Positions 50,629 through 61,351 of a stretch of 64,000 nucleotides of DNA are shown here, piece after piece. This DNA is from Podarcis muralis (taxonomy: Eukaryota), in NCBI RefSeq assembly GCF_964188315.1, contig NC_135658.1, forward strand, positions 47,182,001 to 47,246,000, given 5' to 3'. A program made the position numbers and the translations under genes. The notes under the pieces were generated by a model, which worked only from the letters and a program-made list of their open reading frames with translations, was not told the DNA's origin and made no database searches. The first letter of the stretch is position 1. Every line of letters begins with the position of its first letter.

Positions 50629-51413
50629 CAGTGGTACCCCGAGTTACAAATGCCTCAGGTTACAAATGCTTCAGGTTACAAACTCTGCTAACCTGGAAGA
50701 GTTACCTCGAGTTGGGAACTTTTCCCCAGGATGAGAATGGGGAAAATGCCTTTCTCTTGGGCATTGTTGGCCAGAATGTGTTAAAGAAGGATAGAACATT
50801 TTTTATGTATGCAACAACGGCAGCAAGGATACTGATCGCCAAGAATTGGAAAACTCAAGATCTACCCACTCTGGAAGAATGGCAGATGCAGCTGATGGAC
50901 TACATGCAACTAGCCGAGATGACCGGCAGAATTCGAGACCTGGGAGAAGAGAGAGTGGAAGAAGACTGGAAAAAATTTAAGATTTATTTACAAAAATACT
51001 GTAATTTGGCTGAATGTTGACAGGGTTGCCAGAGCAGAAATAACCGTCTATCACTAAACTAGATTTAAGTTTAATTATATTTTAATGACTGAACCTAAAG
51101 ACTATGAACAAGATGATAATTTGCTCGGAAATAATTTAATAACGATGTAAGTGTGTGCGGGAGGTGTGAGGGAGTCCAAAGTATTGATGAAAAGATGAAA
51201 ATAACCAATGTTGTTTTATTAAATATGCTTTTGTATTGAAAAAACCTTAATAAAAATATATTAAAAAAAAAAAAGAGAGAATGGAAATCGTGAGCTGGCG
51301 GCGCAGCGGCAGCAAGAAACCACATTGGCGAAAGCACGCCTCTAGTTAAGAACAGTTTCAGGTTAAGAATGGATCTCCAGAACAAATTAAGTTCATAACT
51401 AGAGGTACCACTG
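50629..51413 (+). mobile_element. Tigger/pogo-like MITE interrupted by an L1 insertion
   Basis: CAGTGGTACCCC at 50629 and GAGGTACCACTG ending at 51413, with TA flanks. The halves join at GAGAATGG. Confidence 0.88.
50741..51276 (+). mobile_element. L1 LINE 3' end (ORF2 C-terminus, 3'UTR, poly-A)
   Basis: NAFLLG...TTAARILIAKNWK...PTLEEW...WKKFKIYL is typical of squamate L1 ORF2. AATAAA plus A-tail. 8-bp TSD GAGAATGG (50733-40, 51277-84). Confidence 0.88.
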
Positions 51414-52078
51414 TATATAGAAAGAATAGGACTACCAAAAGTAAAGGAAAAAGGGAGAAAAAGGGCACACACTCACTTGTATTAAAAATTATGTTATGCA
51501 AATATAGTATTTTCAAGCCTAGAATAATTACATATTGCAGACTGATTTGCAGAAATTATTCATGATCAGTTGGTAAGCAGGAAAACGGTTATTAAATGTA
51601 GCTAATTTCATTACTTGATTAAACTTGGTTCTTTATATTTTGCTATTATTAACTAAAGCAAGTTCATTTTCAAAATAGAGTATCAAGTAACTTTTTAAAA
51701 GTCTCCGTTCTAGACATTAATGTGTTTTTTAAAAAACTGACTGGAAACAAATAAAGCTAATAGGGAAGAAAAATAAGGAATGTCAACTTTAATTATACCT
51801 ACAAAATAATATAAAAAGATGAAAACTATTAAATTTCTACTAATATAACTAGTGATAATACTTTGGTAATTATTTTAGAATGATTACAATATGATTAGAA
51901 ATGATGAAGCAACAATGTTTAAGGAAAAAATTGATCTTCTGAAATGTACAGAGGCAATTTAACTTGAAATGTAAATGCTATATCTTATAGATGGCAAGGC
52001 TGATGGTAAGATGCTTAATTAATACCATATGCATGTCAAATATCTAAAACAGCAAATGAAAATGAAGTAAGGAGACTA

Positions 52079-52309
52079 CATTTGTACCTCAGGTTACAGA
52101 CGCTTCAGGTTACAGACACTTCAGGTTACAGACTCTGCTAACCCAGAAATAGTACCTCAGGTTAATAACTTTGCTTCAGGATGAGAACAGAAATTGTGCG
52201 GTGGCAGCGGGAGGCCCCATTAGCTAAAGTGGTGCTTCAGGTTAAGAACAGTTTCAGGTTAAGAACGGACCTCCGGAACGAATTAAGTACGTAACCAGAG
52301 GTACCACTG
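52079..52309 (+). mobile_element. Tigger/pogo-like MITE (CAGTGGTACCTC family)
   Basis: Left TIR mutated (CATTTGTACCTC), right TIR intact, TA flanks. Confidence 0.88.
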
Positions 52310-52922
52310 TATTTAGAATTATTCTTTCAAGAACCAAGATGGATTCAGTTGCTGTTATTGGAATGCCTAGGCAACTAAGAAATAGATAAACAAAACTGGG
52401 CATTGGCATTGTGACAACAGAATTTAAAGCTCTTTAGTGAATTGCAAAAGTAAGATAATTGAGTATTTCAGGAACTTTTAAGAGCTCTGCGGGACCAAAT
52501 ACTTATCTAGTCCAGCATCCTGTTTCTAACAGTGGCCAACCATAGGCCCATGGAGAGCCCATACACAGGATTTGAAGCCTTAGCCTTTTCCCACTGTTGT
52601 TTCCCAGGAACCGGTGTTCACACCCAGACCCACTTTACATTCTTGATTACAAAGCCAATCAGTGGCAGATGCAGAAATGAACACTTAGGGGAAAGGGAGA
52701 ACGTTCTTAATGTTTATTAGCAGGTCAACAAAACAAGACAAAATGAAATAAGTCAGAAACGTTGAACTGATGCCATCATTTCAAACGATCACAAAATGCC
52801 ACCATTTCTGCTTTCTGACATGCTGCTATGAAGACACAGGGAATTATAAAAACTGCCCGGGCACTGTAAGTGTGAAAGTCAGATTTTCTATGCCCCACAA
52901 CTGATTTTCTGAAAAGCAGTCT

Positions 52923-52938
52923 GGGCGCCCTCTGCTAT
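52923..52938 (-). promoter_or_regulatory. Candidate CTCF site
   Basis: The minus strand reads ATAGCAGAGGGCGCCC, matching the AGCAGAGGGCGC core but lacking the leading CC. Confidence 0.3.
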
Positions 52939-53632
52939 CTGCTCTAAACTGGACTTTAGAACTAACTGCTGCTAAGTTCAGTGAGCTTCAGCATATCTGT
53001 TCTGGTATACTAATTTATGAACTGGCCTCTGAAGCAAGTACAAAAAGGTTTTCTCACACTTTCCCCTCCTTTCCTTCAACACAGGATAAAAAGGAATTTA
53101 TAAGTAACTCACACCTGTCATACCTAGCACAGCTATAATGAACTAAAAATGAACTGCTCTTTTTAAATAGAACATTTCTTTGGGGTTAATCATGAGGTGT
53201 CACTTTAATAACTCTGCATGGTGCTAATGAAGACCTCACATGTATTGGCATAACACCACAGTTATTCTGAGAAGCCGTGTGATAAAGGTTTGTCAGAGCA
53301 TATTCATCCGATGTTATGTGAATCTTTTAAAGTGCCTATACTTTTCATCATTCAAATAATAAATGTGGGGCTAATTAAGTCCTGCATCTTGTGCACTATG
53401 CGTCTTTTGTGCTGTGGCAGTGTCCCTACACCAAGAGTGGCATCTTGGAGACAGCCTGTTAGCAGCTCAGCAGTACACTGCAGAGACCCAGGTGGGACAC
53501 ACAGTGGAAAGAAAAGGGACCTGGGGTTTAGGACTTGTACAGTCTTCTGGTGGCCAGAGAGCAGCAAATAACTCTTCCCTTCATCTGCTTGCCAGACAGG
53601 CTGTTCTGAGTCCCAAGTAAGTGGGTATTGCA

Positions 53633-54382
53633 TAAGGTTACCAGATTTTTTTCCAAAGAATCTGGGGACACTTTTCTTTTGTAAGAGAAAAAAAAAAGTT
53701 ATTTAAAAAAGAGTAATATCTTCTCTTCTGTAGTCTCCTCTGTCACGCAGCCTTCCTCTGAGCCCCAGCTTGGAGTGCTAGCCGCCATGGAGTAGGCTAG
53801 GGCTAGGCCTGGGCTCAGCAACGTGTTCTTGCCCTCCTGGTGCTCTCTTACTTCTCCTCCTCTGCGGCGGTGGCAGCGGTGCGGCAAGGTCAGGGCTCTC
53901 CTCTTTTTTCTCCTTCCTCTTTCTCTCTCTCCCTTCTCCTTCTCTCCTCCTTTTCCCTGCGTCGGCTCCAGGGTTTTCCTGCTCCCGGCTCAATTTGGGT
54001 CACGGGGGGGGGGGGGAGGTCAGCAGTTCCCCCAGTTGACACACCGAGTGTCTCCAGCTCCCCCACGGCAGTGGCAGCGGCAGCGGCAGTCTCAGCAGCC
54101 CGAGCCAGCCTGGTAGAGCAGTTGGCTCTGGCTGGCTTTAGGAGCTGCTTGCTGCCATGGCGCCCGCCATTTTGCCTCACAGGAAGTCACCATATGATGT
54201 GTCTTGTGCCATTGAACCAACCACGCAACATTCATTCCCTACTAATAAATCTACATCACTTAAAATATAAATCCGGGGACATTAAATGAAATCCAGGGAC
54301 ATTCTGGGGATGGATTTTGTCCAGGGACAGATTAGTAAATCTGGGGACTGTCCCTGGGAAACAGGGACGTCTGGTAACCATA
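53633..54382. mobile_element. hAT (Blackjack/MER81-like) non-autonomous element with CpG-rich interior
   Basis: TIRs TAAGGTTACCAGA / TCTGGTAACCATA. Perfect 8-bp TSD GTATTGCA (53625-32, 54383-90). Repeated subterminal ATCYRGGGAC motifs. Confidence 0.9.
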
Positions 54383-56852
54383 GTATTGCAGCCTAAGGAT
54401 CATACCTGCTCTTACTGTCCATGTCTGATGAAACCATCCATTCTTAGAGCACTGAGTACACACATAAGCATAAAGACAAAGAAAATTGAAGCTTTCTCTA
54501 AGTGGGTATTTAAAGGAGTTCATCACTTAACATAGGAAGACGAAGTAAATATTAGCCATTGCTTAGAAACATATGTATTCATAGATACCACTAAATCACA
54601 TAAGTACCTTTCTAAGTTATACAGCCATTGGTCTTATGGGTTATACATGGTGCAATGAACACCAACCTAGATTACACAGTGTATAGCAAAACCATCTTAC
54701 CTGGAGGCAAGTTTGCAACAGTTGTGCAGACCCCATGATACCACCAGTTCCAAAATCCTAGATGCTGGATTCATAGATTCCCATCAGTCAGCTGCCCCCC
54801 GCCCCCACCAATCAAATTACCAACATGTCAACTATAGGCTGTAAAATAATACACATTGTAAACACAGATCCATATGTGATAACTACTACTTGAGAAAGTG
54901 GGAGGTTTTGTGGGTTTTTTAAAAAAAATTCCAACAAAATAAGAACAGCAAAGTTTTTGTGGGGTGGGAGGAGATTATTGTCCATACATTAATCAGGTCA
55001 TGCACTCTAACACTTCTGCTGAACAAAACTCATCACATATAGAGAGCAAAGATGCTTAGGTAAAACAGCAGTAACACTATTGTATAGGCTTCTGGGGTGA
55101 GAAGGAATTTACCATTGCTTACTTTTATGCTAAATTACAATGGACCCAGATTGAGTTAAAGGATAATACAGTAGTACAATCAACTAAGTAGGTGAGCAAT
55201 GTAGGAAGTACAGAACCATTATTTATTAAGTAGTCTACAGAACAGCAAGATTTCAGCTGCTATCAAACTGCTTTATTCGACTGAACCTTTGTGTAGAGTT
55301 GTTTCTGGATAAATGGCACAATAGTCTCATTACATTGCTTTCAAATGTTAACCCAGCAAAAATCTTTCACATCTTGGTGTGTGAGAGCCTATTAAAGTGT
55401 TTTATTCCTAATAATGGCTTTCCATTTTTTGATAGAAGGTGAAGCAAATGCCAATGGTTTGTTCAATAGAGTATAAAAGCTGGGTTGGCTCTTCAATTAC
55501 AGGATGTGGGGCCAGGGCACAACACCAGCTGTTTGCGATTCTCATAGTTTCACATCAGGTATTTCTCAGACGAGGGACAGTCCATGACTCTTAATCACTT
55601 AACTCCTTTCTTTTTAGGTTCTGCATTGCAATTTTGCATGTCTGAATAGATTCTTGACTTGCCGCCGCTGCTGTAAATGCTGGCTTCTGCTTGGTAGGCA
55701 GCCTGTCCCCAATGGGGTGCTTCCTGTTTCAAATACAAGGGTGACGGGAGGTATTTCATGTCTACTTCCCAATACAGAATAGCGACACTGTTCCCTGATG
55801 TGCAGACACTGAAGTAAATAGAAGAGCCACACAACTCACGGCACCCCCCTGTTCATAGATGAGCTTGATGCTGAGGTCTTCCCTTTGCGCATTAGGCTGT
55901 GTGGTATAGTATATTGACACTGTTGCATTGCATTTCTCTCTTTTTGCTTTATTTGTTCTTGCTCCTACTGTGCCTGTGTGCTGTGTTTTTCACAGCTTAA
56001 CGAGTGTATTTAAGAATATAACAGCACTTCAAATAAATTCTGACATTACACCCAGCAGGCATAACAATATCTGTCTGAGAAGACTAATAGTTGGCTTTGT
56101 AGGGCTGTTCTGATACCAATGGCATTTTTCCAGTTTCACTCCAGTGTCCTGCAATTGACTCGAATGGACTGAGACCTAGCATATAACTGGAGGAGGCAGC
56201 CATGCTTCAAAATTGTACGCTCAAGTGTTAATATTACTGCAATTATGCAAAATGAGAAAATTTATGTAGTCATCATTTGGGATGTCAGTTATGCTGGCTG
56301 AATCACAGGAATGTTAGTATGGTATAAAATCCAGGATAAGGCAAAATGTCTGTTTCCCCCCTTACTCGTTGAGTTAAATTATATATTGATACAGGTGCTG
56401 GAAAATGAAGGGAAATAATTGCTTTAACATTTTATTCCTGAAATTGAAGAAAAAGGCGAGATCTGTACACTCCTTGTGGGCAAAAGCTCTCTCAACACAG
56501 CATGGTTTTATAGCTCTCTTCTGATGGAAGAAAGGCACACATTTTAATTTGTAACAATAAAAACTAATCTTTATTGAAACTATAAAAAGGAGCTTCCGTT
56601 ACAGACATTCCAGACACTGTTTACTCTATCACAGGAACATCTGTTACCTGAGTCTGAATCTAAATTTGTTGCTTGCAAATTTTCTCTCTTCTCGATCAGC
56701 CAATGACAATTTTGTAATTTCCATTTTAACTATATGTGACATTTGTAACTGCAGCATAGCAGCTTAAATATGCAGGCTGTAGTTCAGATAAATCATGTCT
56801 GTAGAAATAAGAGCACCATGCCTTCCAGAGGTTTCATGGACACCTTCTCTAG

Positions 56853-56909
56853 TGACTCCCACTGCTCAAGGAGCAAGTCACCTTATCAATAGAAGGTTGT
56901 CTTCTACAG
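56853..56909 (+). CDS. Candidate exon (TPTAQGASHLINRRLSST)
   Basis: CCTTCTCTAG acceptor and consensus donor CAG|GTAAGT, phase 1 to 1. In phase with a second candidate at 57079-57113. Confidence 0.22.
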
Positions 56910-58999
56910 GTAAGTCAGAATTTCTCTGAAAAAAACCTGAAGCACATATCAAAGCATGTTTTCTAGTCACCCAGCCATGCCTTCTGATTTGGCTACATAA
57001 GGATTGGTACTCAGAAAATGGAGTTTTCTATTAATATATAGGTAATTTCCCTTTCTTGAGCCGAAATACCTATTTCAGGAACTTTTGCTTCAGAAGTGGA
57101 ATCTTCACAAAAGGTAAAATATTTATTCATTCATTTATAAAGAAATTGCATTAAAATGCAACAGTGTAAGCCAAAAGGTCCCCCCCCCCCTGAAACTAAG
57201 CCAGATAACCATAAGGCAGGAGAAAACTCAAACCACAAGAACATCTGACCAGCTTGCTGGTTCAGGCCAAGGGACCATCTAGTCCAGCATCCTCTTCTCA
57301 CAGTGGACAATCAGTTGCCTATGGGAAACCTGCAAGCAGGATCTGAGCACAAAAGCTCTCTACACTCCACTCCTGTGGTTTCCAGCAACTGGTATTCAGA
57401 AGCATTGCTTCCACCAACTGGGGAGGTAGAACATAGCATCATGGCTAGTAGCCATTCATACCAAATACCCAGATAAATTTTAAAAATGTCTTTTCAGCTT
57501 GCAAGAATGAATGAGGTAATTCAGCGGGCATCTTAAGGTAGGGAGTTTCAAAACTAGGGTGCTACAGCTGGGAATGTCCCATCCCATGTTCCAGTTAGCT
57601 GAACTTCCAACTGACCAACCATACCTCTGTCTTGACTTGATTATGTCTTAGCTTTATTTATTCTATTGATGATATTTAAACACTGCTTTTGATGCCAACA
57701 GTGGTCCTACAGTGGCTTACATATCAATTAAAAAAAACCACTACTACAATATATTTTAATAATATAAAACACACATGGTTAGCCTCCAGCCAATATTTCA
57801 TTGTGATGATCAGACATTTGTTCCAGATTTACACAGCCTCCTTGGAATTAGATGGAAAAGAGACACAATGCCTATAAGACTACCTCGCAGTAGATTTTAT
57901 GTAAATATTGAATAAAATGAAAGACATGCTGGAACTCGGTGAGTTAGTGAGCTGCCAATGGGAAGAACAGCAGTCTCCCAGCACTAGCTCTTTGAACATA
58001 ACAGTTAGGTAGGACTAAAGCTATCACATAACAATTTATCTGTGCTATATCTCAGGAGCATACCATGGTAGGGAAAGCTACAGCAGAACCTGTCTGTTCA
58101 GTTTCTGACATAGATCACCCACCTAGGTTGATCAAGGCCATCTCTGTTTCCAAAACAAGCTAAACCTAAATTAGAAAGGATCAAGATAAGGATCAGTTTC
58201 ATTAAGAAAAACACACGCACAGAGCCCACAAGTTGCTACCACCAGCTCAGACACTGCTGAAGAAATTTCAGAGAGACTAGTAATTACTTGGAATTGTTCC
58301 AATGAGGTTTACTTTAATAATAGTCTTAGAACTCCTTAGAACTGTTTCTTTCAACCCACTTGGAATATAAGCTTCCCTCTTGAAGCATTCACAACAAACA
58401 TCAGCCAAATGGTTAGGCCCCCTCTGGTTGTTAACGAATAAGGATAGCAACTCAGAATATTTTAAAATTTCTTACAAAATCCAAGTTATTAAAGAAATCC
58501 CAACTCTGCCAGATTTTTAAGAAAACAATGAGTGGAGGGGAACTTCAAGTTGCTAGCTGTGGAAAAAACAGTTATAATAAATGCTGCTCCATTAAAAAAA
58601 ATACTTGCAAACTAACTCAGAAACACTATAAATCTAGCAGACATGAATTAATAGAAAATGGTGGAAAGTACATAAATTACACACGAGCCCACTGCTTTAG
58701 TGTTCTACTTGGGGAACACTCAAACTTCTCTCCTGAAGATAAAAACCTGACGTCTACACAACCCATGCTGCCCTGTGGTCCTTCAAATGAAAGCATACAC
58801 TTTTAACTCTCTCTAAAGTACAGCAGCCTTTTATTAACAGTAATATCTGAGTCAGTGTACTACTGAGTAATTCAACTGCAGAACTTAGACCTTAATATTT
58901 TCAGAGCAGGTGGCTGAGGGTTTTAATGTCATAAGAAATGTTATAATTATTATACCAACAGTTGTTCCGTTATTATTATTTTTTAAAAAACCTTATGTT

Positions 59000-59084
59000 T
59001 CATATGTTTCAGAATTTTGTATTATTTTACTGTTGTTAGCTACTCTGAGCCCGGCTTCGGCTGGGGTGGGCGGGATATAAATAA
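59000..59084 (+). mobile_element. Very short young L2 3' end
   Basis: TTGTTAGCTACTCTGAGCCCGGCTTCGGCTGGGGTGGGCGGGATATAAATAA, with the A/T tail continuing after the SINE at about 59448. Confidence 0.65.
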
Positions 59085-59444
59085 GGTAAAGGTAAAGGTA
59101 CCCCTGCCCGTACGGGCCAGTCTTGACAGACTCTAGGGTTGTGCGCCCATCTCACTCAAGAGGCCGGGGGCCAGCGCTGTCTGGAGACACTTCCGGGTCA
59201 CGTGGCCAGCGTGATATCGCTGCTATGGCAAGCCAGAGCCGCACACGGAAACGCCGTTTACCTTCCCGCTAGTAAGCGGTCCCTATTTATCTACTTGCAC
59301 CCGGGAGTGCTTTCGAACTGCTAGGTTGGCAGGCGCTGGGACCGAGCAACGGGAGCGCACCCTGCACCCCGCGGGGATTCGAACCGCCGACCTTTTGATC
59401 GGCAAGCCCTAGGCGCTGAGGCTTTTACCCACAGCACCACCCGC
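59085..59444 (-). mobile_element. Sauria (Squam1) SINE
   Basis: Reverse complement of the 37418-type element. TSD ATATAAATAA (59075-84, 59448-57). Confidence 0.94.
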
Positions 59445-59569
59445 TATATATAAATAAAATTTTATTATTTATTATTAATTGATCATATTTGCCAAGCATC
59501 TGTAAACTGATTAGATTTATAAAATAAATAAACAAGGTGAGCTACTAGTCTAACTATATATATATATAT

Positions 59570-59602
59570 TTGTTGTTGTTGTTGTTGTTTAGTCATTTAG
59601 CC
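59570..59602 (-). mobile_element. BovB tail stub
   Basis: The minus strand reads GGCTAAATGACTAAAC(AAC)n, the same terminus as the 49340 copy. Confidence 0.6.
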
Positions 59603-60084
59603 GAAACACTTTAAAATAATAGTCCAGATTCTAGCATGGCATAGGTCCATCAATCAGTCAAAATAAACTGATTTACATAAAGTGCCAGACTACAGTCAAT
59701 TTGAAAATCACAGGAAAAGTTTTTTGTATATAGTGCTGAGTATTTTTATGTTCATGTCCCCCCCCCCCCCAATTTTCAGAGTGGTCTAACAATACCCTTT
59801 TCAAAGGGATCTCTGGGAATCTCTGAGGCAAATATGGCACTCCTAACAACTCTGAGCATCCTTACGACAGTTCACAAGCTTTATTGGTAGAAGCCATGAC
59901 TGTTTAAAGTGGTATGCTAAATTATAGTACAAGTGTGTCCTTAGTCTAGAGCCAACTGGATTGTTTTATTAATTCTTGCACAAAACTCGTAAGGTTGGTA
60001 GTATAGCCTCATATTCCTTGTGAAGGGTGAGTGAAATAGTGGCTTGCCCAAGGGCACCTAGCCAATTCATGACTGATGTCATTT

Positions 60085-60399
60085 AATACCTTTAATAAAA
60101 AAATAAAAACGAAGAAAACAAAAGAATCCCACAAAACATTTAAAAGGGCATTAGATGTCAATCAGTCAAAGGCCTGGTTAAAGAGGGACATTTTTGCCTG
60201 GCATCTAAAAGTGTATAATGAAGGCGCCAGCCGGACCTTCCCGGGGAGAGCTTTCCATGAACAGGGAGCCACTGCAGAAAAGGCCCTTTCTCATGCTGCC
60301 ATCCTCTGAAGCTCTTGTGGAGGAAGCACACGAAAAAGGGCCTCAGAGGATGATCTCAGGGTCTGGATAGGTTCATATGGATAGAGGTGGTCCTTGAGG
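60085..60399 (-). mobile_element. L2 3' fragment
   Basis: Minus-strand LKDHLYPYEP...LRSSSEALFRV followed by the L2 3'UTR. Confidence 0.8.
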
Positions 60400-60550
60400 C
60401 GTGTGTGTGATATTAAATTAAATGTTCTAACAGATTTCTCATTTACATATAAGCATTCAGAGAAACCAAGATGGTTGTCCTTCTGTGCAGAGCTACTCCC
60501 AGGTAACAACATGCATCCTGAAGCAACCGAGACAGAATAAAACACATTTA

Positions 60551-60890
60551 CCGTATTGGCCCCAATATAAGCTGCACTTTCCCCCCAAATTCCAATCATG
60601 AAAAGTTAAAGTGTGGCTTACATCCACGACCTTACGCCACTGGCAAAGCGGCGCAGCTCCCCCTCCCCAGGAAGCAGCCCACTTGCATGGGGCAACAGTG
60701 CTCAGCCCACCCGCTACTCCCAAACCTCCCCCAAGCTGTCGGAACAAAGGGGGGGAGGGGAGGCCGCCGGCAAAGTGGCGTGGCTCCCCCCCCCGAGAGC
60801 AGCCTGGGAGGGCGGGGCAATGGCACCTGTCCCATCCGTGGCTCCCAAGCGACTTATTTGCGGGTGTGACTTATATTCAGGCCAATACTG
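60551..60890. mobile_element. Tc2-like MITE (second subfamily)
   Basis: TIRs CCGTATTGGCCCAATATAAG / CTTATATTCAGGCCAATACTG, TA flanks, GC-rich core. Confidence 0.85.
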
Positions 60891-60988
60891 TATATTCCAT
60901 TGATTTCAATAGGGCAGAATACAGCACAATGTTGTGCCTATTTACTCAGAAGTACGGTAAGTCCAACTGTGCTTAGTGAGACTTAAAA

Positions 60989-61351
60989 AGGTAAAGGTAA
61001 AGGGACCCCTGACCATTAGGTCCAGTCGTGACCGACTCTGGGGTTGCGGCGCTCATCTCGCTTTATTGGCCGAGGAGCCGGCGTTTGTCCGCAGACAGTA
61101 TTTCCAGGTCATGTGGCCAGCATGACTAAGCCGCTTCTGGTGAACCAGAGCAGCGCACGGAAATGCCGTTTACCTTTCCGCCAGAGCGGTACCTATTTAT
61201 CTACTTGCACTTTGACATGCTTTCGAACTGCTAGGTTGGCAGGAGCAGGGACCGAGCAACGGGAGCTCACCCCATCATGGGGATTCGAACCACCGACCTT
61301 CCGATTGGCAAGTCCTAGGCTCTTTGGTTTGACTCACAGCGCCACCCGCGT
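60989..61351 (-). mobile_element. Sauria (Squam1) SINE
   Basis: Reverse complement of the 18497-type element (GGTAAAGGTAAAGGGACCCCTGACCATTAGG ... CACAGCGCCACCCGCGT). Confidence 0.94.
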
